Shown: positions 1 through 9,478, counted from the first letter of the stretch. The stretch is DNA of 12,851 bases from Candidatus Methanoperedenaceae archaeon (GCA_963753595.1 CAVWCX010000031.1:1-12851); one strand, 5' to 3'. A program made the numbers and translations. The notes: a model not told the origin generated them from the sequence alone.

Positions 1-42
1 GGAGATGGTTGCGATTGCCCGGATCTTTATCCGGGGTCTGCA

Positions 43-115
43 TGGACCCGCTGGGATTTGAACCCAGGGCCTCCGCCTTGCAAAGGCGGCGATCTTCCAG
101 CTGATCTACGAGCCC
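43..115 (-). tRNA. tRNA-Ala (anticodon UGC) in the spacer downstream of 16S
   Basis: Reverse complement reads GGGCTCGTAGATCAGCTGGAAGATCGCCGCCTTTGCAAGGCGGAGGCCCTGGGTTCAAATCCCAGCGGGTCCA. It folds as a cloverleaf with TGC anticodon, G3:U70 Ala identity pair and discriminator A; CCA is not encoded. This is the usual position in euryarchaeal rRNA operons. Confidence 0.98.
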
Positions 116-153
116 TTTCTCGTGGTCTCGTATGGCCCACGAATCTTTTCTTT

Positions 154-189
154 ATTGGCTTGACAGTTTTTCGATTTCCAATCAATAGA
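154..189 (-). other. 3' arm of the 16S pre-rRNA processing stem (bulge-helix-bulge)
   Basis: 154-189 (attggcttgacagtttttcgatttccaatcaataga) is complementary to 1793-1828. The pairing leaves two 3-nt bulges on opposite strands separated by a 4-bp helix (cgat/atcg), plus one mismatch. Confidence 0.9.
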
Positions 190-222
190 CTATATTTATA
201 GCACACGTTTGTGTGCTGCTTT

Positions 223-1694
<1,472 letters not shown>

Positions 1695-1792
1695 ACTTGT
1701 TATTACACACTTATTTGAAGTTTCTTAAACTATCGGAATTGTTGGAGGAACTATTATATATTTAAGGTACAATAGTTCCTTGTTAATTCCCA

Positions 1793-1828
1793 TCTATTGA
1801 TTGGAATTAATCGAACTGTCACGCCAAT
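1793..1828 (-). other. 5' arm of the 16S pre-rRNA processing stem (bulge-helix-bulge)
   Basis: tctattgattggaattaatcgaactgtcacgccaat pairs with 154-189 to form a BHB motif, the substrate type of the tRNA splicing endonuclease. Confidence 0.9.
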
Positions 1829-2030
1829 GTCAGACGAGAACGTACCGTTCTTGTCTCCATTTAATGTATCATGGTTGGAAAGCAGCTCATCATTTTCAGG
1901 TTTGTCCGTCAATCAGAGCCGACGCCAAATTTTAACCACGAAGTTAAACGTAAATAAATACATGTTGTATTTTTACAACACAACATTCCTTTGTGTTTTC
2001 ACACGCGGGAAGTGTATTATATGTCTTTTT

Positions 2031-2071
2031 CCGTATATAACACTTTCCCTCGTGCATTATTTTTATGCACG
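2031..2071 (-). promoter_or_regulatory. rRNA operon promoter (proximal): BRE + TATA with upstream dyad
   Basis: Minus strand GGGAAAGTG-TTATATA-CGG (TATA 2034-2040), oriented toward the 16S gene. A perfect dyad cgtgcat-N7-atgcacg lies at 2051-2071. Confidence 0.8.
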
Positions 2072-2161
2072 GATCAAGAATTTTTCGGAAACAAACACAT
2101 CTTTTTTCCTACAACACACATTCCTGTTTTCACAAGCAGGAAGCGTCTTGTATGTTTTGCA

Positions 2162-2203
2162 CCGTATATAACTGTTTCCCTTGCACAGTGTTTTTTGAAC
2201 AAG
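2162..2203 (-). promoter_or_regulatory. rRNA operon promoter (distal): BRE + TATA with upstream dyad
   Basis: Minus strand GGGAAACAG-TTATATA-CGG (TATA 2165-2171), 131 bp from the proximal TATA, with an imperfect dyad in the same register. Confidence 0.8.
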
Positions 2204-2333
2204 ATCATTGTAGTTTTTTAATCATGACCAGAAATATTTCAGATTATGAAAATTCTTTGCGTTATATAGGGCTTGACATGTTAGCTGTCGAGCTTCCTTC
2301 GTTACTACACTATCGTATTTAAAAGTTGTGTAC

Positions 2334-2343
2334 AAAAAAAAAA
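2334..2343 (-). terminator. Oligo-T terminator of the iscA-like/nac transcript
   Basis: Run of 10 T on the minus strand 12 nt after the nac stop; archaeal intrinsic terminators are oligo-U tracts. Confidence 0.6.
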
Positions 2344-2355
2344 GAAAATCAGAAA

Positions 2356-2709
2356 TTAAGCAGTGTTACTCAATTTCATAATAGCAGCCGCAATATCCCC
2401 TTTTGTTTCTTTGAGTGCATTGCGGGCATCAATTTCAGTCGATTTTGACTGTTCCATCACAAGCTTAACATCTTCTTCAGGTATAGTGGCCTCCCGGACA
2501 ACTTCCTGCGGGGTTCCCGTTACTTGATACGTTTTCATGCCCCTTGCATCCATTATCGTGACCTGAGCATCCTTGAAAACAATGTCTTTTTGAGGGGTGC
2601 GGATGATCACTTCTTCCACGCCCTCTATTTCATTGACATCAATTCCCATCTGCTTCATCATCGAAGCCATCTTTCGTGGGTTTATACCTTTACCAAGTCC
2701 GGGAAACAT
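2356..2709 (-). CDS. nac: Nascent polypeptide-associated complex protein (archaeal NAC)
   Basis: INPRKMASMMKQMGI..EEVIIR..TYQVTG NAC domain plus C-terminal UBA-like EEDVKLVMEQ..ARNALKETKGDIAAAIMKL; GGTGA SD overlaps the upstream stop. Confidence 0.96.
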   Translation of the reverse strand: MFPGLGKGINPRKMASMMKQMGIDVNEIEGVEEVIIRTPQKDIVFKDAQVTIMDARGMKTYQVTGTPQEVVREATIPEEDVKLVMEQSKSTEIDARNALKETKGDIAAAIMKLSNTA

Positions 2710-2714
2710 TTATC

Positions 2715-3035
2715 TCACCCGCAGCTGCTGCATCCTGAGCCACATTTTGAAGCGTGGGGATTATCAATGACAAACCCTTTGCCGTATTCATTATCTATAA
2801 AATCAATCTTGAAATCCTCAATATCTTCCTGTATATCTTTATTGAAGAAGATCTTTATTCCATTACTTTCAGAAACAGAATCCTCATTTTTAGCAGTTTT
2901 TTCAAGTGTTAGACCATATTGTATCCCGCTGCAGCCGCTTCCAGCTGCGAAAACGCGTAATCCATGGTCGGTTTTTTTTTCTTTTTCAAGCAATTCTTTT
3001 AGTTCTGCCGCAGCAGCATCTGTAATCTCGATCAT
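2715..3035 (-). CDS. Iron-sulfur cluster assembly accessory protein, IscA/HesB (A-type carrier) family
   Basis: MIEITDAAAAELK..LRVF..GCSGIQYGL..IDF..GFVIDNP, with a Cys-rich tail CGSGCSSCG. Start moved to ATG 3035 because AGGAG lies just upstream. Confidence 0.92.
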   Translation of the reverse strand: MIEITDAAAAELKELLEKEKKTDHGLRVFAAGSGCSGIQYGLTLEKTAKNEDSVSESNGIKIFFNKDIQEDIEDFKIDFIDNEYGKGFVIDNPHASKCGSGCSSCG

Positions 3036-3152
3036 TTGCGTTCTCCTTTTCACTTCTACGTTTTGGATATATATAAATGTAGTATCCCCGTTCCACTTGC
3101 ATCTAAAAAAGGCTTAAATAGTAAAAGAACGACTTTAATATGGAGGCTGATT

Positions 3153-4259
3153 ATGACTAGAGACGAATTGCTTGAAAAATTACGGTTATCACGCCCGGCA
3201 GTAACAGTTGTTGGTCTGGGTGGCGCAGGCTGTAATATCACAACATGGATAGCAGATAAAAAACTTGCCGGCGGTAAAATAATCGGAGCTAATACCGATG
3301 CCGGGCATCTTAGCACAATGACAAGGGCAGATAAGATAATTCTGCTTGGCGAAAAGCTGTGCAAAGGACATGGATGCGGTGGATATCCTGAAAAAGGTGC
3401 TGAAGCCGCAAGAGAGAACCTCAATGAAATTAAAGAAGAACTACAAGGCACAAACCTTCTTTTCCTCGTTGCAGGTCTTGGAGGCGGTTCTGGTACAGGC
3501 TCAATACCTGTTTTTGCAACTGTAGGACGAGAAGTAGGAGCTCTTACCATTGCATGTGTGACAATTCCTTTTACCATCGAAATGACACGCCGGGAAAAAG
3601 CACGCGATGCTATAAAATCATTGGCAGAGAATTGCGATTCAATTGTAGTAATTGATAACTCAAAACTAAGGGAAGTAGCAGGAAACCTCCCGCTCAAAGA
3701 CGCACTATCAGTTGCAAACGCTCTCGTCGGGGCATTTGTTAAGAACATAACAGATACAATAACCCAACCAAGTCTTGTGAACCTTGACTATGCTGACCTT
3801 CGTGCAGTAATGGAACGCGGAGGGATTTCCTCAATCGGTATCGGTGAAGGTGACGGTCCGACACGTGTGGAAAAAGCGGTATCTCAGGCTTTATCAACGC
3901 CATTACTTGACATTACCGACATTACCACTGCATACGGTGTCCTGATCCATATAGTAGGAGGAGAGGACATGACCCTTGAGGAGGTAGCAATTGCAGGTGA
4001 ACAGATAATGGACAAGGTCCCCAATACGAAACGCGTAATATGGGGCGCAAAAGTTGACCCTGACCTTTCAGGAAGAGTACGCGTAATGGCAGTGCTCACC
4101 GGAGTTACATGCCCGTTCCTTAGCGGTGAGAAACCTGCACCAGCTCCTGTAATTCCCAAAGAAGTTGCAAAACCACTTCGTCAGGCCATGGAACACATGG
4201 TAGAAGCGTTACCGCAGGAAAAAATATCAAGAGCTGCGGTATTCAGTAAGGAAAGGTAG
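3153..4259 (+). CDS. ftsZ: FtsZ-family GTPase, FtsZ2-like and divergent
   Basis: GLGGAGCN (T1), NTD, GLGGGSGTG (signature variant), PF..E..R, DNSKL and ITQPSLVNLDYADL (T7). Start set to ATG 3153 behind GGAGG (3142-3146), giving 368 aa. Confidence 0.93.
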   Translation: MTRDELLEKLRLSRPAVTVVGLGGAGCNITTWIADKKLAGGKIIGANTDAGHLSTMTRADKIILLGEKLCKGHGCGGYPEKGAEAARENLNEIKEELQGTNLLFLVAGLGGGSGTGSIPVFATVGREVGALTIACVTIPFTIEMTRREKARDAIKSLAENCDSIVVIDNSKLREVAGNLPLKDALSVANALVGAFVKNITDTITQPSLVNLDYADLRAVMERGGISSIGIGEGDGPTRVEKAVSQALSTPLLDITDITTAYGVLIHIVGGEDMTLEEVAIAGEQIMDKVPNTKRVIWGAKVDPDLSGRVRVMAVLTGVTCPFLSGEKPAPAPVIPKEVAKPLRQAMEHMVEALPQEKISRAAVFSKER

Positions 4260-4269
4260 GAATTATTGT

Positions 4270-4317
4270 TTTCAGATTAACTTATGAAATAAATATATTA
4301 TATAAGTTAATCTGAAA
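4270..4317. repeat. Perfect 16-bp inverted repeat with 16-nt spacer, followed by T8
   Basis: tttcagattaacttat (4270-4285) / ataagttaatctgaaa (4302-4317), then a T tract at 4323-4330, directly after the ftsZ stop. Confidence 0.9.
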
Positions 4318-4330
4318 TTATATTTTTTTT

Positions 4331-4525
4331 ATAAGGTACGGAAACCTTAGACTGTTTGAATGAGATTACCGAAAGTAATTGTTGGAGTTATCTTTTTTGG
4401 AACATCAGATTTAATAGTAAAACTCCTCTTACCAAACAGGTTTTAACTATAAGGGGTTATGCACCGTACGGGATGCTTCACACATTCCTGTAAGGTATTT
4501 ATTATCTCTTTTCGGAAGATTAATA
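4331..4525 (+). ncRNA. Candidate structured non-coding RNA, family unassigned
   Basis: Hand folding gives a series of nested or adjacent helices covering most of the interval (see findings), and TTATATAA at 4298-4305 sits about 25 nt upstream. Transcription is not shown. Confidence 0.4.
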
Positions 4526-4545
4526 TTCATATTGTTCAGACGATA

Positions 4546-4890
4546 TTATATGTTTACTATTGCAAGTGAGGCAACTGGGCAGTTCTTGGAACATATTCCG
4601 CATGCAATGCATATTCCATAATCAACTTCTGCCTTACCATTACTCACATGGATAGCAAGTTCAGTATTATCGATATTGAAATCTTCTGCCTTTGATAATT
4701 TCACATTAATAGGGCAGACTGTGGTGCATATCCCGCATCCGGTGCAATTACTTTTTTGGCTCAATAATCTTACATTTCTGCCGATTTCCGTTGGTATTAC
4801 GCCACTCACAGGGAATGCTCCTAATGCTGCGCCTGCCACAACTGCAGAAGTTTTTACAAATTCACGACGGGTTAATTCCACCTTTTTCAC
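4546..4890 (-). CDS. 2[4Fe-4S] dicluster ferredoxin with a twin-arginine (Tat) signal peptide
   Basis: TRREFVK followed by the hydrophobic SAVVAGAALGAFPVSG; two CxxCxxCxxxCP motifs (CTGCGICTTVCP, CIACGICSKNCP). The true start may be the second GTG at 4881, since AGGTGA precedes it. Confidence 0.9.
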   Translation of the reverse strand: MKKVELTRREFVKTSAVVAGAALGAFPVSGVIPTEIGRNVRLLSQKSNCTGCGICTTVCPINVKLSKAEDFNIDNTELAIHVSNGKAEVDYGICIACGICSKNCPVASLAIVNI

Positions 4891-4934
4891 CTATTTTGAA
4901 GCCTAGATTACTTTTATTGTGTTAAAATTCATAA

Positions 4935-4950
4935 TACTTAAGTTCTTCGT
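4935..4950 (-). promoter_or_regulatory. Putative BRE/TATA of the ferredoxin gene
   Basis: Minus strand ACGAAGAA-CTTAAGTA about 45 nt upstream of the start codon. Confidence 0.45.
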
Positions 4951-5193
4951 TTATTTTTTAATTGCGCCTTAGTTTAAATATGGAGAACAAGCAAACAAAA
5001 GGAATTCAAAAGCCATGAGTATCCTCATCGAGGTCTCTTTTCTCAAACGAGGTCGCTGACTGAAAATAATGAATATTATGCGCATCCATAGAATATTTCA
5101 AACCAAAAGAACAATAGAAGCTAAAAACGTGCCCTGGATAAGACTGTAAAAAGATGTTATGTTAAAAAATTCTAGTCTGTAGTCCCAAAAATA

Positions 5194-6165
5194 TCAGGGT
5201 ACTACACTTACCAATGGATCAATTACAGGCATCATTTCCAGCAATCTCTCAAGCACTGCATCGACACCTTCGCCAGTCAGTGTAGACATACTCATATCGC
5301 AATTTTCCGTAACAGAAATATCCTTCTTGTTCGCGACAATCAGGAATGGCACGGGAAATCTATTTTTTACCTCTTCAAGAAGATGCATCTGTGTATCAAG
5401 AGAATAACCGCATGTCTCAGATGGGTCAATGACATAAAGTATTACCTTTCCAACATGTTTTAGCGCAGTTATTGCCTGAAGCTCAATTTCATTTCTCACT
5501 TCAAGCGGCCTGTCAAGAAGCCCGGGCGTATCAATTACCTGATGCCTTATATTATTTCGTGTGAAATGCCCGACTGCAAGCCCTTTCGTTGTAAACGGAT
5601 AAGGAGCTATCTCAGGATGGGCGCTGCTCACAAGAGCTACGAAACTTGACTTTCCTACATTCGGGTAGCCTGCAACAACGATAGTAGGCCCTTCATCGAT
5701 AGCCGGAAGCTTTCTTAGCTTGTTGCGTGCTTCATTCAGGAAGCGCAGGTTGCCATCAATACTTCCGACTATTGAAGAGATCCTGCCAAATGCCTGTTTT
5801 CGCACAACCTTGGAATCATCGGCTTCTCGCATCATACCCACATATTTTCTCGCCAGGGTTCCGACTTTTTCACCTGCCCACTGTACTGAGGCCAGGTTCA
5901 TTTTCATCTCTTCGATGCCCACCATTACCTCTGCAAGCTCAAGATAAAAAGGCGGCAACTGTTCAAGACTCGGGAATTTCCTTACAATATGGGCAAGATT
6001 ATCGCTGAGTATATTTGCTGCTGTAAGAAGCATCGATTCCTCGGCTGCAAGTTTGGATTTCCTGTCAAGGATCTGCTTTCCACGTTTGGCCCTGGTGGCA
6101 CGGCGGTAGGATTTATCAAGAAGTTCTTCGGCTGTGGGAACTGTGGGTATTTTTTCGAATATCAT
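5194..6165 (-). CDS. NOG1-family (Obg-like) GTP-binding protein
   Basis: G1 GYPNVGKS, G2 YPFTT, G3 DTPGLLDRP, G4 NKKD, and an N-terminal NOG1 helical domain (MIFEKIPTVPTAEELLDK..FPSLEQLPPFY). Confidence 0.96.
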   Translation of the reverse strand: MIFEKIPTVPTAEELLDKSYRRATRAKRGKQILDRKSKLAAEESMLLTAANILSDNLAHIVRKFPSLEQLPPFYLELAEVMVGIEEMKMNLASVQWAGEKVGTLARKYVGMMREADDSKVVRKQAFGRISSIVGSIDGNLRFLNEARNKLRKLPAIDEGPTIVVAGYPNVGKSSFVALVSSAHPEIAPYPFTTKGLAVGHFTRNNIRHQVIDTPGLLDRPLEVRNEIELQAITALKHVGKVILYVIDPSETCGYSLDTQMHLLEEVKNRFPVPFLIVANKKDISVTENCDMSMSTLTGEGVDAVLERLLEMMPVIDPLVSVVP

Positions 6166-6246
6166 ATTTGTCCGGAATTATAATTTTATAAATAAGTACT
6201 GAAGGAACTAGTATGCTCATTGAGTTTATAAGGATAATGCTGGCAT

Positions 6247-7569
6247 TCAATATTTCTTCATTGCACCTGCTATCTTTGCGGCTTTTCCTGCCACTTCCAC
6301 GGCATCATGCCCCAGAAGCCTTATCATTGCTTCTTTTCCGATACCGCCTTTATCATAAATAACATCAGGTACTTTCCCAGATCTCTTTATTGCATCCGAT
6401 ACACCCCATTCCATAGTGGATACACCTTCTGGCTCATCCTCTCTCCTGAATGATGCAATGGATAAACCAATATTCTTACATGCAAAAAGTGCTTCCTCTG
6501 AATACCTGATATTCATCGAAGCCCTTACCAGGTTATTGTAATGCATGGATGTCAATACTATCCGGGCAATATGACTGCTGGCGCCAAACGCGATACATCC
6601 GACTGCATGAGTTTCATTTTTCAACCTGACGATCCTTCCGGATACTGCTGCTACATCTGAAACTGAAGAAGCATCCGGGATACCCATGGCGATATTGCAT
6701 CCAACTTCAGGGATCATTTCTGAAAATCCCGGACTTTTCATGATCAAATCCAGGGCTTCCTCTATATTCTTAATAACACGAAATTTCTGTGCATCGGCAA
6801 GCACATGTCCGATCTGGTTTACCGGAGCTGCTCCTTCGCCTATTTTGAAGCTCAGGGTTATTGCCTGTTCAACAAATTCCTTTGCATAATACGCGGCCTC
6901 TATAAGGGTCACACCTTTTGAAAGTTGGGCGGTAATAACTGCCGAATGTGTGCATCCTGAGCCGTGAGTGCCTCCTTTTATCAATTTTCCTTTAATTTCT
7001 GTGAATTCCCCGTTTGAATAAAGAATGTCCGTTCCATTAAGATGCCCGCCTGTGACTATGACTGCTCCCGCACCAAGTTCACAGATGACCTTTGCAGCTT
7101 TCCTGGCGTCTAAGAGGTCTTTTATCTTCATGCCTGAAAGTCTCTGCGCTTCTGACACATTAGGGGTAACAACAACAGATAAGGGCAGAAGGTCATCAAT
7201 TAAGACATCAATAGCATCATTTTTTAGCAAGGCCCCCCCTGCTTCGGCAGCCATCACAGGATCAATAACAAGGGGCAGTCTTTCCTTTTTTATAAGTCTT
7301 GAAGCAACCTTCACGATTTCAGGTGATGAGAGCATTCCGGTCTTGATGCAATCAATTTTTATATCGCCAATAACAGCCTCGAACTGCTCTTCAATGAAAT
7401 TCGGGGGGAGGTCAAAGGAATTAAGGACACCCTGTGTGTTTTGAGCAGTAACCGATGTTATAATACAGGTTCCGTGAACCCCGAGGGCTGCAAATGTCTT
7501 CAGGTCAGCGGCTATTCCCGCCCCGCCGCCTGAATCCACACCTGCTATTGTCATTGCTGTTTTCATCAT
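6247..7569 (-). CDS. thiD: Bifunctional HMP/HMP-P kinase and thiamine-phosphate synthase (ThiD-ThiN fusion)
   Basis: [43 protein letters not shown] (ThiD); [32 protein letters not shown] (ThiN). Start is ATG 7569 or 7566. Confidence 0.96.
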   Translation of the reverse strand: MMKTAMTIAGVDSGGGAGIAADLKTFAALGVHGTCIITSVTAQNTQGVLNSFDLPPNFIEEQFEAVIGDIKIDCIKTGMLSSPEIVKVASRLIKKERLPLVIDPVMAAEAGGALLKNDAIDVLIDDLLPLSVVVTPNVSEAQRLSGMKIKDLLDARKAAKVICELGAGAVIVTGGHLNGTDILYSNGEFTEIKGKLIKGGTHGSGCTHSAVITAQLSKGVTLIEAAYYAKEFVEQAITLSFKIGEGAAPVNQIGHVLADAQKFRVIKNIEEALDLIMKSPGFSEMIPEVGCNIAMGIPDASSVSDVAAVSGRIVRLKNETHAVGCIAFGASSHIARIVLTSMHYNNLVRASMNIRYSEEALFACKNIGLSIASFRREDEPEGVSTMEWGVSDAIKRSGKVPDVIYDKGGIGKEAMIRLLGHDAVEVAGKAAKIAGAMKKY

Positions 7570-7621
7570 GCAAAGATAATCTCCATACATTATAATAGTT
7601 CCAGTTATAGTCAGGAAGACA

Positions 7622-8239
7622 ATGGAACATCATATCAAAGCATGGGAAGATGAATATGAAAAAAGTATCTGGAAAGGACATTATTCACTTGGACTGCTGG
7701 ATCGGTCTGTAAAAAAAGGACGGCTTCTTGATGCTGGCTGCGGGAGCGGCAAATATTCGCTGCCTTTGCAAATGCGGGGATTTGAGGTAGCAGGTGTGGA
7801 CGTTTCGTTAAAGGCCCTGAAAATGTTAAGAGAAAGCAGCAAAAACCGTGAACTTGATATTGGTATCATAGCTGGGAATGTTTTCCAGTTGCCTTTTGTT
7901 GATGGATCTTTTGATATCATCTGGTGTTATGGTGTGCTGCAGCATCTTTTATTGACAGAAAGGGAATTTGCCGTCAGGGAATTCAGGCGCATTTTAAGAA
8001 ATGAAGGTATTTTGTTCCTGGAAGTATTCGGGAAAGATGATATGCGATTTGGCGGCATCGAAGTTGAACCTGATACTTTTTCGAGGAAAAATGGTATTGT
8101 TTATCATTATTTTGATAAAAATGAAATTGAAGAATTGTTAAGGGATTTCACATGTAATATTATAGAATCACGAAAAGAAAAGCTGTTCAAGGGGAAATTG
8201 TATACACGGCATATGATTTCTGCCATTGCGAAGATTTAA
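7622..8239 (+). CDS. Class I SAM-dependent methyltransferase, substrate unknown
   Basis: Motif I LLDAGCGSG, post-I VAGVDVS, LPFVDGSFDII, VLQHL and RILRNEG. Confidence 0.93.
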   Translation: MEHHIKAWEDEYEKSIWKGHYSLGLLDRSVKKGRLLDAGCGSGKYSLPLQMRGFEVAGVDVSLKALKMLRESSKNRELDIGIIAGNVFQLPFVDGSFDIIWCYGVLQHLLLTEREFAVREFRRILRNEGILFLEVFGKDDMRFGGIEVEPDTFSRKNGIVYHYFDKNEIEELLRDFTCNIIESRKEKLFKGKLYTRHMISAIAKI

Positions 8240-8259
8240 TTCGCGGTTTGTCTCCGTCA

Positions 8260-9399
8260 TCACACCAGCCCATACATATCCTTTAATCCATGTCCTGTAG
8301 CGATACAGACAACTGTGCCTTCAAGCTTATTCTTTATATATCCGGCATATGCAACAGCGCCGCTGGGTTCAACAAAAATACCATTGCAGGATAGCAAATT
8401 ACGCGCCAATAGCGCCTCATCATCTGTTATCTTTATGGCAAAGCCCCCTGAATCCCTTATTGCCCTGAGTGCCGCCAGGCCGTCTATCGGATCACCGCAT
8501 GCAATTGCTGTTGCTATTGTTTTCGGATTTGTAACCGGAATTATTTCTTTTAAGTTGTTTTCCCATGCATCAGCCACCGGTGCGCAATTTTCAACCTGTA
8601 CTCCTATTATCCGGGGTATCTTATCAGTAATTCCCACAAGCGCAAGCTCGTGGAAGGCTTCATAGATGCTCCATATCAGTGTTCCATTACCAACCGGCAC
8701 TACAATATAATCGGGAACATGCCAGTACAACTGGTCTGCTATTTCAAAACCGGTCGTCTTTGTGCCTTCGCTGCGCCATGGATAATCTCCTGTCAGGAAT
8801 GAATCGCTGTTTGAAATCACAAATTCTTCAGCACGCCTCATGGCGACAGAATAATCCCCGGCCACAGTGATCGTTTGCGCGCCATATGCTTTTATTTGTG
8901 TGATCTTTTCTTTTCCCACAATATCAGGAATGAACACTTTACATTCAATTCCGGCAAAAGCCGCATATGCAGCCATGGATGCGCCCATATTGCCGGTGGA
9001 TGCAAGCGCCACTTTTTTCTTTTTGAACTCCAGCGCTTTTGTAATTTCAAGAGAGGAGCCCCTGTCTTTAAAAGAACCTGTGGGGTTTGCAGCTTCGTAT
9101 TTTATGAGCAACCGCCCTGTTTTTGAAAGTCTTTTGTTTTCAAGAAGAGGTGTCCCGCCTTCACCCATTGAAATGCACTTTGAAAGGTCTTTTACAGGCA
9201 TGAACGCCCAGTATTTCCAGTGTGTCGGGGGAGTGCGCATAAATTCATCGCGAAGAATTACTTTTTTTATGGATTTATAATCATATTCAGCATCCACCGC
9301 CGAGCCGCACTCGCACCTTGGAATCGGCAAACGCTCTATTTCATGGGGTTTATAAAACCGTCCACACCTGAAACATCTAAAACCTGTAACGTAAACCAT
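8260..9399 (-). CDS. thrC: Threonine synthase (fold-type II PLP enzyme) with N-terminal Zn ribbon
   Basis: SMGEGGTPL, NPTGSFKDRG (PLP lysine), ASTGN, VPVGNG, TIATAI, EPSGA, TGHGLKD; N-terminal CFRC..CECG. Confidence 0.88.
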   Translation of the reverse strand: MVYVTGFRCFRCGRFYKPHEIERLPIPRCECGSAVDAEYDYKSIKKVILRDEFMRTPPTHWKYWAFMPVKDLSKCISMGEGGTPLLENKRLSKTGRLLIKYEAANPTGSFKDRGSSLEITKALEFKKKKVALASTGNMGASMAAYAAFAGIECKVFIPDIVGKEKITQIKAYGAQTITVAGDYSVAMRRAEEFVISNSDSFLTGDYPWRSEGTKTTGFEIADQLYWHVPDYIVVPVGNGTLIWSIYEAFHELALVGITDKIPRIIGVQVENCAPVADAWENNLKEIIPVTNPKTIATAIACGDPIDGLAALRAIRDSGGFAIKITDDEALLARNLLSCNGIFVEPSGAVAYAGYIKNKLEGTVVCIATGHGLKDMYGLV

Positions 9400-9478
9400 G
9401 ATTATAACCTGAAAGGAAAAAACAAGAACTACTACCTCAACGTTTTCATAATTTGTAACCTGATTTCATTTTGGAATG

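Larger units (their letters stand above)
1974..2207. repeat. Two degenerate copies (about 100 bp) of the rRNA promoter module
   Basis: Copy 1 spans 1974-2076 and copy 2 spans 2110-2207. They share tacaacac..cattcct..gttttcaca..ggaag..ccgtatataac..tttccct..gatca in the same order. Confidence 0.85.

Noticed and set aside
1974-2207. Repeat pair as a CRISPR array
   Set aside because: Only two long degenerate copies, each containing BRE/TATA; no repeat-spacer periodicity and no cas genes.
1797-2322. Three + strand ORFs in the rRNA leader/promoter region
   Set aside because: Phe-rich low-complexity translations antisense to the leader and promoters; the region is explained by regulatory elements.
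2715-2745. TGA after the CGSGCSSCG tail as a possible selenocysteine codon
   Set aside because: It is not at a Cys position, it doubles as the nac SD (GGTGA), and no SECIS is evident; similar Cys tails are usual in methanosarcinal HesB proteins.
4980-5149. Chain of tiny ORFs (12, 14 and 26 aa) and partial C/D-like words upstream of the ferredoxin gene
   Set aside because: No convincing SD or motifs, and the four-box C/D geometry cannot be completed on either strand.
8260-9399. Cysteate synthase instead of threonine synthase
   Set aside because: The PLP-lysine context SFKDRG and ASTGN fit ThrC; a paralogue with altered specificity is not fully excluded, given the atypical GDYPWRSEG segment.
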